Assembly: GCA_964016885.1 (NCBI GenBank)
Contig: OZ024740.1
Location: 293,074,001-293,138,000 of the forward strand
Reading direction: 5' to 3'
DNA from: Eledone cirrhosa
Lineage: Eukaryota
DNA: 64,000 nucleotides
In this document: one piece after another, positions 1-13,214 of the stretch
Layout: each line of letters opens with the position of its first letter
Numbering within the stretch: position 1 is the first letter of the stretch
Position numbers and translations under genes: made by a program
The notes under the pieces: model-generated
The model's input: only the letters and a program-made list of their open reading frames with translations
Databases searched by the model: none
What the model was told of the DNA's origin: nothing

Positions 1-39
1 AAAGTAGTGGCCGTACTCGAAAACGAGTTGGCAGCCACC

Positions 40-86
40 ATGTATGTATGTATGTATGTATGTATGTATGTATGTATGTATGTATG

Positions 87-115
<29 letters not shown>
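40..115. repeat. (ATGT)n microsatellite
   Basis: Perfect ATGT tetramer array. Confidence 0.95.
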
Positions 116-117
<2 letters not shown>

Positions 118-130
118 GAATGTATGTATG

Positions 131-363
131 GGATAACTCGGACATAAAACCTGCGGCTCGGTAGTTACCGATTATGTTGATCTTTCCTTCTTTTCGGGTT
201 ATAGCTACTGTCGCTCAGAGAGTGGGATTGGCTCAGTGCACAGTCTTTCCTCAATTTAAAAAAAATCTTCACGCACAGGCATTGCATGATAGCATTAATT
301 GATAATTATGAATAATATTATATCGTGCAATGGCCATGCTCGATATCGAGGGAGCAGCCATCA
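131..363 (-). mobile_element. Unclassified non-coding element ('family X') between (ACAT)n tracts
   Basis: On the minus strand it begins GATGGCTGCTCCCTCGATATCGAG directly after ACAT repeats. It shares colinear blocks (e.g. GAGCCAATCCCACTCTCTGA) with 29925-30515, and another head lies at 1-40. Confidence 0.6.
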
Positions 364-369
364 TGTATG

Positions 370-407
<38 letters not shown>

Positions 408-555
408 TTGGAGCTCTGAAATAGCAATATATATATATGGATGTATATATAATGTATTTTGCAATACACTTTATGCTTAATTAAAAGCATTTTGAAGACC
501 GTATGCTATTGTTTTAGAGTAGTGACAAATTCACTTACTTTAATCTCAGCAAACA

Positions 556-618
556 GGGGAGATAAGCCGACAAGGGCCTTGTTTCGCTTTTGTTGAAGCT
601 TATCAAGGCTAACTACCC
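556..618 (-). ncRNA. Minimal type I hammerhead ribozyme (U3-A8 core)
   Basis: rc: gggtagttagcc-TTGATAA-gctt caacaa aagc-GAAA-caaggcccttg-TC-ggcttatctcccc. Confidence 0.75.
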
Positions 619-1060
619 TTCCTGTCTACTGAGATTACTGATGTTATATTCTTATAGAATTCTAGTAAATAATCAGGAGCTGATTATACAGAGCGATTGT
701 TGGTCAGGCAGAAATTAAAAATTAGAATTGGAGCTCTGAAATAGCAATATATATATATGGATGTATATATAATGTATTTTGCAATACACTTTATGCTTAA
801 TTAAAAAGCATTTTGAAGACCGTATGCTATTGTTTTAGAGTAGTGACAAATTCACTTACTTTAATCTCAGCAAACAGGGGAGATAAGCCAAGGGCCTTGT
901 TTCGCCTTGTTTCGCTTTTGTCCATATATATATTGCTATTTCAGAGCTCCAATTCTAATTTTTAATTTCTGCCTGACCAACAATCGCTCTGTATATTCAG
1001 CTCCTGATTATTTACTAGAATTCTATAAGAATATAACATCAGTAATCTCAGTAGACAGGA

Positions 1061-1124
1061 GGGGTAGTTAGCCTTGATAAGCTTCAACAAAAGCGAAACA
1101 AGGCCATTGTCGGCTTATCTCCCC
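1061..1124 (+). ncRNA. Minimal type I hammerhead ribozyme (U3-A8 core)
   Basis: agcc-TTGATAA-gctt caacaa aagc-GAAA-caaggccattg-TC-ggct; stems I, II and III pair. Confidence 0.75.
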
Positions 1125-1241
1125 TGTTTGCTGAGATTAAAGTAAGTGAATTTGTCACTACTCTAAAACAATAGCATACGGTCTTCAAAATGCTTTTAAT
1201 TAAGCATAAAGTGTATTGCAAAATACATTATATATACATTC

Positions 1242-1290
<49 letters not shown>

Positions 1291-1489
1291 AGTATGCATG
1301 TATATATATATATATATATATAGTATTAAGGATACTATTTATGGTTATGCAAATACAAAAACCTTTTGTAGTTATATATATTTTTACAAACCCTAAATAG
1401 TGATAGGCAGTAATATATTACTACCTTATTACCAGTAAGTTAAATAGCTCAATGTACTAACATCAGATGTTTTACAGAGCAGTTATATA

Positions 1490-2084
<595 letters not shown>

Positions 2085-3624
2085 GGGGGTCGGTATACAT
2101 ATGAGTTTCAAACAATATTTCGTTGTTATTTATCTGCAAGCCAATCCTGATCTATGGCTATTTGTTCAATATGTCGTTCCTTTTTTTAGGAATGCTATGT
2201 AGGAGATTTAGCTGTTTTTCTATCAACTTATAGAATTGTTATTAAACTTTCGGGAAAATAGACATGGTTCGCTTGCCGTTAATTTCTTTCAGATGATTTT
2301 TTTAGACACACTTTTGTCATTTGTAGCAAATTCTGAGAAGTTGAGTAAGGGATTTCGGTGGGCTTCAATCCAGGAGCATAGGGAGCCGAAAAAATACCTC
2401 TAATCATTCTATTCCACACTTTAACGACTTTACTGATTTGCCACCTAAATAACTTCTTACGTCTTAGATTATGCTGAAATATTTCTATATTGTCTTCAAT
2501 TGCTTTCTAAAATAAGAGATTTAAAATGATTTATCATTATATTGCAAATTAAGAAAAAGTTTGTCTGGTGTGTGTTTGGATGATAAGAAGATTAATTGGA
2601 AATACAATGAAATAAGTGTGAATATATCATAAATATAAGTTGAAAGACTATATTAATTGTTAATTAAAAGCACAAGGCCAGCAAATTTAGGGAAATAACA
2701 AAATAGATGAAATCTTCCCAGTTCTTGGCTGAGATGGATAATTTTTCTGCTCGGCGAAAGGCAATGTTGACCATGACGGGATTGAATACAGAATGTAACG
2801 AACCAGAACAAATACGGCAAGCGGATTTTACCCGATGCTCTACCAATCCTGTCAATCCACCACCACCGATTAAAGACTACATTAAAAAGAAATTTTAGAC
2901 TGTGAATAAAATAGCAAATGTGTTTTAATGAAGTAGTGTTTGTTGTATGAACGTCAAGCTTCCCATTTATCTTCCGGTATAAAATAAATTCCTAAGCTGA
3001 TTATTAAAAAAAATGTTTCGTTTCTCGTATAACATTTTTAGAACAAATTCAACGAAATAAGAACACAGAAATCAATTCAATGTTGACATAGTATTACGAA
3101 TGCGATGATTTGTATTTGAATCATAGGTGTGTAAATAGAATGTATAGTGTTTAAATGGAGCTTGGCGTCTGTAAAGACTAAATCGGAGATTTGTCAATTG
3201 AATTAAGCCATTTTATATCAGCGGGTGAAGTAGGTTTTAAATTGAATTTTAATATTCATAGATTGTTAGTATCAAATTATCAAATTAATGAAATCTATTT
3301 CATACACGAAACTGCTTTAGGCTAATATGAATTTTAAGAAGACTTTTACATTGTTCTGCAAAAGATGAAATTTGATGCTTTTCAATGTTTTGTAATGTGT
3401 AAAATCTTATATATTTACGTGACATAACCCATATTCTATGAGAAATAATGTCAGAGTTGGATGAATATCATAGTAAATCTGAATGTGTTTTTATGTTTAA
3501 ACACGTTGACTCTTTTGTTTCTGATAGAGTTAAGAGAAATGTTTCTACTTTCTAAAATTTTACTTCTATTTCAACAGCCCACTATAAAAGAAAACACCAC
3601 GCATACATACACAATATATATAAA

Positions 3625-3875
3625 CTGGCACTCCGTCGGTTACGACGACGAGTATTCCAGTTGATAAGATCAACGGAACTGCCTGCTTGTGAAATTACCG
3701 TGCAAGTGGCTGAGCATTCCATAGACATGTGTACTCTTAACGTAGTGCTCAGGGAGATTCAGTGTGAAACAGAATCTGACAAGACTGGCCCTTTGAATTA
3801 CAGCTACAACTCATTTTTGCCAGCTGAGTGGACTGGAGTAACGTGAAAAAAAGTGTCTTGCTCAAGGAGACAAAC
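3625..3875 (-). mobile_element. Octopus-type SINE body, head missing
   Basis: rc contains a CTTGAGCAAGACACTTT...CTCCAGTCCACTCAGCTGGCAAAAATGAG core typical of cephalopod SINEs. A diverged copy lies at ~12220-12350. Confidence 0.65.
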
Positions 3876-4016
3876 ACATACATAATACATACATACAAAC
3901 AAACATACATACATAAATACATACATAAAGACATACATACATACATACATACATACATACATACATACATACATACATACATACATACATACATACATAC
4001 ATACATACACATACAT
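3876..4016. repeat. (ACAT)n microsatellite, 5' flank of the R4 element
   Basis: Direct reading. Confidence 0.95.
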
Positions 4017-7000
4017 AATCAGTCAACGCGATCAGTCGCATATTTTGGCGTGGGAGACTATTTATAAAATTTAAGATGAATACTATCTCCGACAGTAATG
4101 CCACAACTACAGCCAGGTTGAATAACTGGTTATTCTTCTAACTATCCCTTCTGAAGACACCTTTTATTCGAATTCGTAGAGATATCCGACTAAATACATA
4201 ATTCATTTTACAAGGATTTGCTACAAACAGCATGGCTGAACACAACATCAACAAGAAAATTAAGGAAGTTTCGAAGACAAATAACAAAGAAGGTAATCAA
4301 ACTTTATTCAGTTGTAGCTACAGAAGAAACCGAAATTATAAATCGCATTTCTCTTGGAGTTGCGAAATTAATAATGATTTATTTAATTGTTATAAAATGG
4401 CAAAAAACAATCCCTCCATTGGCTATATGAATAGAATGAAGCTACACTGGGACAAAATGCACCCAGAGCTAAATTATTTCACAGCGAAACAATTACGCCA
4501 ACAAGCGACGTTTGTTGAAAGTAAAAATAAGATAAATATTATTAATTGTAAGTCCCCCACAACAAACATGGAATCAACAACACGTGCTACAGATCGCCAT
4601 ACTACTAGACTTCCTAGCAGCCAAGTCGAACAGCGCCTTGAAACAACTATGCCTGTACCATCTAAGTCTACCTCGAATGCTGGGGAAAACACTATCGATA
4701 ATAATAATAATCGAAGAAATAATAATAATAATCGAATAAATGTGACACCACGTATACCATCTGAGTCTACCTCGACTGTTGTGAAAAATACTATCGATAA
4801 TGATAATCAAAAGTATAAACAATTGAAAATTTCCCTCAACGAAATCTTCCAGAGAGAAATTAACTCATGTATAAATATCTTTCTGGCTGAACGTGTTAAA
4901 ATGACAATGGTGAATAAAAAACCAAATAATGAAATACTACGTGTTATTGACGAAATAGGGGATGAATATTTACGACGGATAAAAACCCCAACATTTTGGC
5001 AAATCAATGCCTGTTTATATACCTTAGCAATGACAGTGAAGCATTATCTTGGTGATTGCAGAGATATTAACAAGAACAAAACACCACCAAAAATACTATC
5101 ATATATAACTAAAATAGAAAAAAAGAGTGCTGACCTACGAAAAAACATAGGACATGTGATAATGCTCCTTACATGCAAACAAACAAAAAAAACCTCACTC
5201 CTCACCAACAAAGAGTGAAAAATAAAATAGAGACGATGTTTGGTAACAGTAGAACCAGAACTCTCCAATATAAGCTGATCACCCTCAAACAAGAATTGAG
5301 AGCTGTTAGCGAAAAACGCCGATACCCGAAGAAAGTAGATGAGAGAAAAATGCTTAATAAAAGATTCAGACGAAACCAAACATCAGTCTATAGAGATATG
5401 AAGGGCAAAATAATAAGTGTCACTGAGGCCCCACCCCAGAAAGACATAGATTCCTTTTGGAGAAAAATATGGGGTGAAAAGAAGAATGTCAACCAAGATG
5501 CAGTGTGGCTAAGAGAAATCCGAAAGAACTATTGCTCCTACACTACAACAAAAACATACGAAATAAGTGAGGGTACCCTTGAGACTGTGATAGGAAAACT
5601 CCAAGATAAGAAAACATCAGGAAGAGACATGATTGTCGGCTACTGGTACAAAAACTAATATTCTATCGGAGGTATCTTACTGACCTCTACCAACAAGTTC
5701 TTAAGGGAGATACACTTATACCAGAATGGTTGACATTAGCACAAACGTTACTGGTCCCCAAGAACAAAGACACCCACTTGGCAAAAAACTACCGACCCAT
5801 TGCATGCCAGAACCTAATGTATAAGATGTATACAGCCTGCCTCAACCTATTCCTCCAAGATCACTGTGAAAATAATAACATCATCACAGATGAACAAGCA
5901 GCTGGAAAGAAAAGGGTTTGGGGATGTGCTGAACAACTCCTAATCAACAAAACTGCGATGTCGGAGGTACGACAACTTAGGAGGAATATGACTACAGTCT
6001 GGCTGGACTACAAGAAAGCTTTCGATTCTGTTCCCCACTCTTGGATGATAGAGGCCCTCCAACTTGCTAAAGTCCCAGACATTATTGTCAGAGCCATAGA
6101 GAGGCTGTCTTCTTCTTGGGCTACTATCCTAAGGTTAAAGACAGAGAGGGAAGACTCTATTTTCACTGATAAAATAAAATATTGCAGGGGTATATTTCAA
6201 GGGGACAGTCTCTCTGTGATATTGTTCATCTTGTCATTAAACTCCTTGTCCTTTCTGCTCAAGAAATGTGAGGGATACATCATTGGCTCACAGGAGGACA
6301 GAAATACGAACCTAACCCATAACTTCTTTGTGGACGATCTGAAACTCTATACCAAGAAGATGGACGGGATGAAGAAAAATCTGGACCTGGTTACAACGTT
6401 CTCAAAGGATATAGGAATGGAGTTTGGCCAAGATAAATGCTCATGCATGACTGTAAAGCGGGGAAAAACAACAACCCAATCTAGCAACATTGTCATCAAT
6501 GGTCTAACTGTTTCACCGATATCTGATGAGGACTGCTACAGATACCTGGGGATAGATGAGAACATATCCTATAATGGTATCTGTAATAAAGAACGCGTAA
6601 CGAGGGAATACTACACCCGATTAAGAAAGATCTGGTCATCGGAACTCTCTGCGCAAAACAAAACAGTGGCTCACAATGTGTTTGCTGTGCCTGTCCTAAC
6701 ACCAACGTTTGGAATACTCAATTGGACGATAGACGAAATCCGAACAGTTGATGTTGGAACTCGAAAAATACTGAACAACACCGGAAACTTCCACATCAAC
6801 AGTGACATAGACCGCTTTTACTTGAAACGTAGGCAGGGAGGCAGAGGCCTAACATCAGTCCAGACAACATTTGAATGTCACATCATATCTCTCCGACAAC
6901 ATCTACGAACCTCGAAGCGTAGGAGCCCGCTTCTCGAGCAAGTCTATCTGCATGAAACAGATAAGATCATGAGAGTTGGGAAGGAACTCCTTGAGAGATA

Positions 7001-8131
7001 TTCCCTGTGTGATAATCAAAAACTCACACCCAGGGATGTCGCTCAGCAGTATCGCAGTGAATCCATGGATGAAAATCTGCATGCCTATCAGCAAAAAATC
7101 ATGCATTGATATGTTGCCAGGAAGCTCAAGAGTGAGAGTAATATAGATAAGGAAAGTAGTCTATCTTGGACCAACAACCGCTATATTGGCTCCCACTTTG
7201 AAGGATACGCTTTTGCAATCCAAGAACAGGAGATTAGCACGAAATACCTGATTCACAAAAGAGATAGGGTTGCAGGCAAAACACCTAGATGTGATAACAA
7301 GTGCAGACTCTGCAGAACTAACATCGAGGATATCACCCATGTCATCAGCAACTGCCCAAAGATGTCATCGCGGTACTATCTACCTATGAGGCATGATGTA
7401 GTGGCCAAAACACTGTACAATGCAGTTCGTAAAAAAGATAGCCCCGATGATAAACACATTAAAAGCTACAACAATGTGGAAGACATCCATATACATAATA
7501 TGAAAGAGTACTCGTGGAATGTTCCAGTAACAACCCCAATAAAATGCAGGCATAACAGACCAGATATTATGATATGGGACAGGGAGAAGAAAACATGCAC
7601 AGTAGAGGAAATTAGCTGCCCAGCAGATGCCAATATAATATCAAAGATTAGTGAAAAGGAGAATATTTATGCAGAACTGATGAGAAATCTGCAGATACTC
7701 CACCCTGATTACACCTTCAGATTTATGCCTGTGATTATTGGGGCACTGGGATATGTTAGTTACTGCCTCAATACAAATCTTGAGAAGCTAGGCTTCACAG
7801 GAACATAAAAAACACAACTATTTAGGAAATTACAAGTACAATCCATTCATGGAACAGTAAAAATGTGTAAAACATTCCAAAAATGTTGCATCTAATAACT
7901 GCATATACACATGTACAGATACAAAGCATATACACATGCACACATACAACTCAAAACATACACATCCACACATACAATAACATCCATATCTACAGATGCA
8001 TGCATGCAGACATACATACATAATCTACCTAGTTGATGTTGTGTAAATTCCAATGAGAGAGTCTTGTGTCTATGTTAGAAACCGACTCTCTCTCTATTGG
8101 TAAAACTTTGTGAAATTATAAAACCAGAAGA
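4017..8131 (+). mobile_element. R4/Dong-clade non-LTR retrotransposon (RT plus restriction-like endonuclease), near full length
   Basis: One broken ORF with RT and RLE motifs, bounded on both sides by (ACAT)n. Confidence 0.9.
4232..7895 (+). pseudogene. Disrupted RT-RLE polyprotein of the R4-clade element
   Basis: RT motifs NYRPIAC, WLDYKKAFDSVPH, GIFQGDSLS, FFVDDLK, YRYLG, GGRGL; zinc knuckle CRLC..EDITHVISNC; RLE motifs RHD, RPDI, EISC. Frameshifts in A-runs at ~5190 and ~5655, in-frame stops at 7107 and 7806. Confidence 0.9.
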
Positions 8132-8234
8132 ACATACATACATACATACATACATACATACATACATACATACATACATACATACATACATACATGCATG
8201 CATACATACATACATACATACATACATACATACA

Positions 8235-8267
<33 letters not shown>

Positions 8268-8275
8268 TCATACAT
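8132..8275. repeat. (ACAT)n microsatellite, 3' flank of the R4 element
   Basis: Direct reading. Confidence 0.95.
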
Positions 8276-8278
8276 CCA

Positions 8279-8730
8279 GATGAAGAAAAACCTTGACCTG
8301 TTTACGACGTTCCTGAAAGATATAGGAATGAAGTTTGATTAGGATAAATGTTCCGATATAAAGTGAGGAAGAACAATAATCCAATCCAGCATAATTTCTG
8401 TCCATGACCTGACTGTTTCACCGGTTCCTGACGAGTACTGCTTCAGATATTTAAAGATTGAGGAAAATATATTCTATGGTGATATTTGTAACAAGGAACA
8501 AGTAACCAGGGAATATAACACCAAAATAAGAAAAAATATGGTCTTCTGAACTCTCTGCAAACAATACATCAGTTGCCCACAATGTATTTGCTGTACCTGT
8601 GCTGACACCAACATTTTAACTACTGGATATTAAACCTCGAAAAGTTCTAACCAGCACCGGAAATTTCTACATCAACAGTGACATAGACCTCCTCTACTTA
8701 AAACGTAAACAAGGAGACTGAGGCTTAATA
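8279..8730 (+). mobile_element. Older decayed R4 RT fragment
   Basis: Colinear diverged paralogue of ~6369-6860 (MKKNLDL.TTF.KDIGM.F ... INSDID..YLKR.QG). Confidence 0.8.
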
Positions 8731-9522
8731 TGACTCCAAGAAAAATGGAAAAATGTGGTGGAGTGTATATATTAAATCTCACAATCAGCATATATTTCCG
8801 TATTGCCCATGCTTTCGAAAAAAGATACAGATACATTACGTTTAATATTGATCTCTATGATCAATTTCACTATTTTCACTGTTTCATCGGTCACAAAAAT
8901 ATAAGCGGCAAAGTTTAACTCGGTAGGATTTGAACTCAGAACATAAAAAGACATAACTAAATACCACAACAGGATTTTTCCGATGCCCTACCGATTCATC
9001 CCTTTACAAATATTACATTCATTTCTAATATTCTTTTCTAGACTAAGGAAAATTAGGCGATTGACACTTGCTCACAATCAGATTAACAACAAATTCTCTC
9101 AGACATTTAATAGATATTTAAATATATCTAATTGTCATTTATAATGTAATAAAAGAAGATATAAGTAGCATATAAATGCTAGAGAAATCATGAAATATAA
9201 ACCGATTGTTCTAAATCCAACACATTTTGTAACATATCAATTGGGTTTCAAATGACACCGATATGTATACTTCGGTTTCTTATCACCTGCTAATATTATC
9301 CATAGTTAACAAATGGTGTGCACACGGTAAAGTCTCAATTTCGTCCATTAATTCGTTTACCTCTACATAGTGTAATGGATGTGCCACATATCTAATCGTT
9401 ACATCTTTGAAAACTTTGGTTCATCCGCTATTTCTGCCATGCCTGTCTTCATGTACTTAAGTAGTTACGTCCTCTATGCAATAGTACATTGAAATTACGA
9501 CGAAAACCTTTCAATATTAACA

Positions 9523-9702
9523 GGATTGGCAGTATCGGTAGAGGGTCGGACGCCATGCTTTCCAGCATAGTTACGTCCCTTTACGATCTGAGTTCAAATC
9601 CCGCCGAGGTTGACTTTGCCTTTCATCCTTACGAGGTCGATAAAATAAAGTACCAGTAATGCACTGGGTAATTGCTGGCCTTGTGCCTAAAGTAGAAACA
9701 AT
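9523..9702 (+). mobile_element. tRNA-derived SINE (Nin/Deu-like core), full length
   Basis: A box TGGCAGTATCGG, B box GAGTTCAAATCC, core GCCTTTCATCCTT..GGTCGATAAAATAAAGTACCAG, and a flanking duplication CAATATTAACAG. Confidence 0.85.
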
Positions 9703-9809
9703 ATTAACAGTACACATTCATACACTTATACACAAGAATACGGTAAAAAAGTGATGAAAGGATTCAAAATGTAAGAAAATAGTTCAATCCTAAAAACAAA
9801 ACAATTAAT

Positions 9810-10910
9810 ATTGAAGTTTTCAATACAAATGTTGGCAGAGAAAACACCACCAATACTAAAGTTCAATATGGGTTCAGTGAAAGAAATAATTTAGTAGTTA
9901 CCAATACTATTCCATGAACCACTACCAAGAAAATTATACTCTTGGAAGAATAAGGTCATATAGTAAGAAATTAGCTATTCTATATACTGTTAAAATAATA
10001 GTTTAGACACTTGAAACATACCTTGGAGAAGATACAAAACTATGATCCGGGGGTGGTTAAATTATAAATCAAAATTAAGAAAATGAAAATAGCTAAAAGA
10101 CGAAAAGAATGAAACCTACATTTTCTATATCGAATACAAACAGGAATATAATGTGCAAATACAAGTATAAATATTTACAATGAAGAAGAAAAGCTAGACT
10201 GTATCAATAAAAACAAATAGAAGAAAGTTGGACATATTTAAAACTGGCATACAAACTTCAACATAGAAAACACTGCCTGAAAAGGGGAAAAGAAAAACAG
10301 GATTGAAGAAATTTTGTCAAAGATGGAGGAAAGAAAGTAATAAAAGAATAAAGATTGAAATATATATAACACTCTATATAAAGATAAAGAAACCAAACAG
10401 TGGAATAATCAATGCCAAAAAGTTGAAGAACTAAATAAGCAGCATAGATCCAAAGAAATAAATGATGAAATAAATGAGATCACAGACAGCAAATGCATGA
10501 GTAAACGAAGTAGTGAGATTAAAAACAAAACACGGATGCATGCCATTTGATCTTGATCAGATTGTATTTAAATGGACTGAATACATCAAAGAATTGTTCA
10601 ATGTTAAAAACAGACTACCACTATATCCCAATTTTGAAGCGGTAACTGGAAACACAATCTTTAAAGAAGGCAATAAAAATAGTGAAAGGTATAAAAACAA
10701 GTGAGGCTGATAAAAAACCAGCTGAAGCAATATAAGTATTAAACAACGACAGGTTAGATTTAATAACAGACTGTTTGTAATATAGGTAGTATACGAGAGT
10801 AGACTCATACCAACCGGCATTAAACAATGTATCTTTGTTCCATTCCCGAAGAAACCAAAAGATCAAGACGACAAAGATTGAAGAAATATTAGTTTAATGA
10901 GTCATGTGTT
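9810..10910 (+). mobile_element. Highly decayed RTE-like LINE (APE to RT start)
   Basis: Remnant peptides FNTNVGRE, LVVTNT, KWTEYIKELF, FVPFPKKP, ISLMSHV with many stops. Confidence 0.55.
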
Positions 10911-11253
10911 AACTTCTACCAGAAGCCTTTGAAGGTGTGAGTCACTATTTAGTAGAATTTAACAATATCATTCGGATGAACACAGAACTAGTGATAAACT
11001 ACTATAAATGGCGGCAACAATGTTATATTTAATAGCCACTATTAAAGAAAGGAAACTAAATTATTTTAAGTCTTTCGTTTAAAAAAAATCGTTTACAGAG
11101 TAAAATATGAATGGGAAGAGATGAAAAATAAAGGCAAGAAGTGCAAGGAAGAATTGGACAGTCTTAAAAATGTAATACATGGATAAGGACAGCAGAAAAG
11201 AAGACCGAGATAGTAATTTCATGGTTCTCAACCTGCCGCTGACAGAAGCGACC

Positions 11254-11530
11254 TGATGATGACAGACGATGTCTGATGATGGTAATGATAGTGATGATGA
11301 TGATAATGATGATGATGAGGATGATAATGATGGTAAGGAAGATGAGGATGATGATGATGACGGTGATGATGATGATGATGAGGATGATGATGGTAATGAA
11401 GTTGATGATGATGATGGTGATAGTGACGATGATGATGAAGATGATGGTGATGATGATGGCGACGTTGATGATGATGATAATAATGGGGACAAGGAGGGGA
11501 ATGAGGAGGCGGTTGAAGATGTGGATGACG
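11254..11530. repeat. Degenerate (GAT)n trinucleotide tract
   Basis: Direct reading; accounts for the poly-D/M/H/S/I ORFs. Confidence 0.9.
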
Positions 11531-11544
11531 AAAATAATTTTTTC

Positions 11545-11712
11545 TACTTTTGGCACAAGGCCAGCAATTACTCCAGTGCATTACTTTATTCTATCGACCC
11601 CGTAAGGATGAAAGGCAACGTTAAACTTGGTGGGATTTGAACTCAGAAAGTAAAGGGCCGTAACTCAATGCCACGATGCATGTTGTCCGACGCTCTACCG
11701 ATACTGCCAATC
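11545..11712 (-). mobile_element. tRNA-derived SINE, same family as 9523
   Basis: GGCACAAGGCCAGCAATTA...CGACCCCGTAAGGATGAAAGGCAA...GATTTGAACTCAG...CCGATACTGCCAAT. Confidence 0.8.
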
Positions 11713-13214
11713 GAAGATAATGATGATACATTCCTATACCTAATTCCACGATACCCATGCCCACAGCTTACCACTATACTGCGTTACGCGCTGCTTTGCT
11801 GCCTTGCGATTGAATTGCAGTGGCGATAAATTAATGTCACTGCTTATATTTGTAAAATATTACGGGGAGATATGAAAGGCTAAATAAATAAAATATATTA
11901 ATATATAATGCTGACATTTCATAATATGTAGTTGTGTATCGTACAGTAATAAATAGAATGTTCCTTTTTCACTCGCGTAGTGTATGTTGCTACGTGACCA
12001 GTCAACGGAGGAACCATCCCATTGCCTATCGATCTGCTAGAAAATCTCTCTCACATCACACTGTACAGTTTTTGAAACAGGTAATTGAATGATGTAATAC
12101 TAGATACACTGTGACAGAATAGTAGATGAACATTTTTGTTCATAGGTTCATGAGACTAGCAGAGCTGGTCTGGGATTGAACAATAACGACATTATTGAAT
12201 GATACCTCAGGTGAAGAACGCAATGGTTCTCAGTCGGTTTCGACAATGAAAGTTCAAATTGTTTGAATAACAAACAGCCTGCTTGTGAAATCAACAGAAA
12301 AATGACAGGACAGTCTACAAACTCGTGTAGCCTGGACACATTTCTCTAGGAATTTCAATGTGACAAAGCCATCAAATCAGTTTGCAAACAATTTCCGTCT
12401 AACAAATTTATATTAGTAGCTATGGATCGACCTGGTGTTATGGTAAATGATACTTGCCCAAGTTGCCACACAGGGAACAAACCCAGAACATAATGATTGC
12501 AAAGCGAACATCGTAAGAATTCGGCCATACTGCAATAATTACTCGAATAATATAAAAGTAAATTGAAAGAAAACATCGCTAATATATATTAAAAAAACAT
12601 GGTGGATAGAACTATTATTACAAAAGGTAGTTACAAACTATGCAACAGACGTGATGGTCACATATGAAACCTCTTTGATCAGAGTTTTTGTTCAAACAGG
12701 TTTGGCCTGGTGTGGAGCAAAGGCAACATTTATCAAAACGATATCACTAAGATGGTATGTTTCTGCTTTTGTTGGTCTTTGAAATCGCTGTACAAGTAAT
12801 ATTGAAGAACACATAAGGAGCCTCCTTTGCTACACATCTGAGCAGTCTGATAAACTACGCAGCGGCTCCATCTTAGTATCTTATATTTAAAACTAAAGAA
12901 TCCTTAGGATTATTAACGCATATACGCCACCAACAAGAAAATAAAAAATCAATAGTTGAGTTAGTGTTGACATATATCAATATGAATGAACAACAAAATC
13001 CTATTAAAAATAGCCATGCGGTGAGAAATACACATTTTTAGCACAATGACAAATATCATCTATATAAACCAAAATACGTGTCCATTTATTTCCTGAAAGT
13101 AGAGATATTAAGAAAACATTTTTTAAAAATACCATACTGAGACGAATTATACACGCTCATCGGTTCTTAACGCATTCTGAGGATTTTCCTCTTGAAGATT
13201 AGACTGAACGATAG

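Larger units (their letters stand above)
401..1245. mobile_element. Non-autonomous Penelope-like/retrozyme-like array: 320-bp unit, partial tandem copy, then inverted copy
   Basis: ATTAGAATTGGAGCTC starts at 401 and 721, and 921-1245 is the reverse complement. Flanked by (TA)n and contains HHR motifs. Confidence 0.8.

Noticed and set aside
131-363. HDV-like ribozyme at the family-X 5' end
   Set aside because: A P1-like pairing exists, but P3/L3, the P1.1 GG and J4/2 could not be placed
2707-2898. 63-aa ORF as a host exon
   Set aside because: No recognisable domain and no supporting neighbouring exons; cannot be excluded without RNA-seq
7107-7109. In-frame TGA in the R4 ORF as possible selenocysteine or readthrough
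   Set aside because: Falls at the Gly of the usual MHG motif (GGA to TGA) and the ORF has other lesions
9523-9610. tRNA gene
   Set aside because: A and B boxes belong to a multicopy SINE head; no acceptor stem or terminator
11079-11640. Poly-Asp/His/Ser/Met ORFs
   Set aside because: (GAT)n tract running into a SINE; no coding evidence
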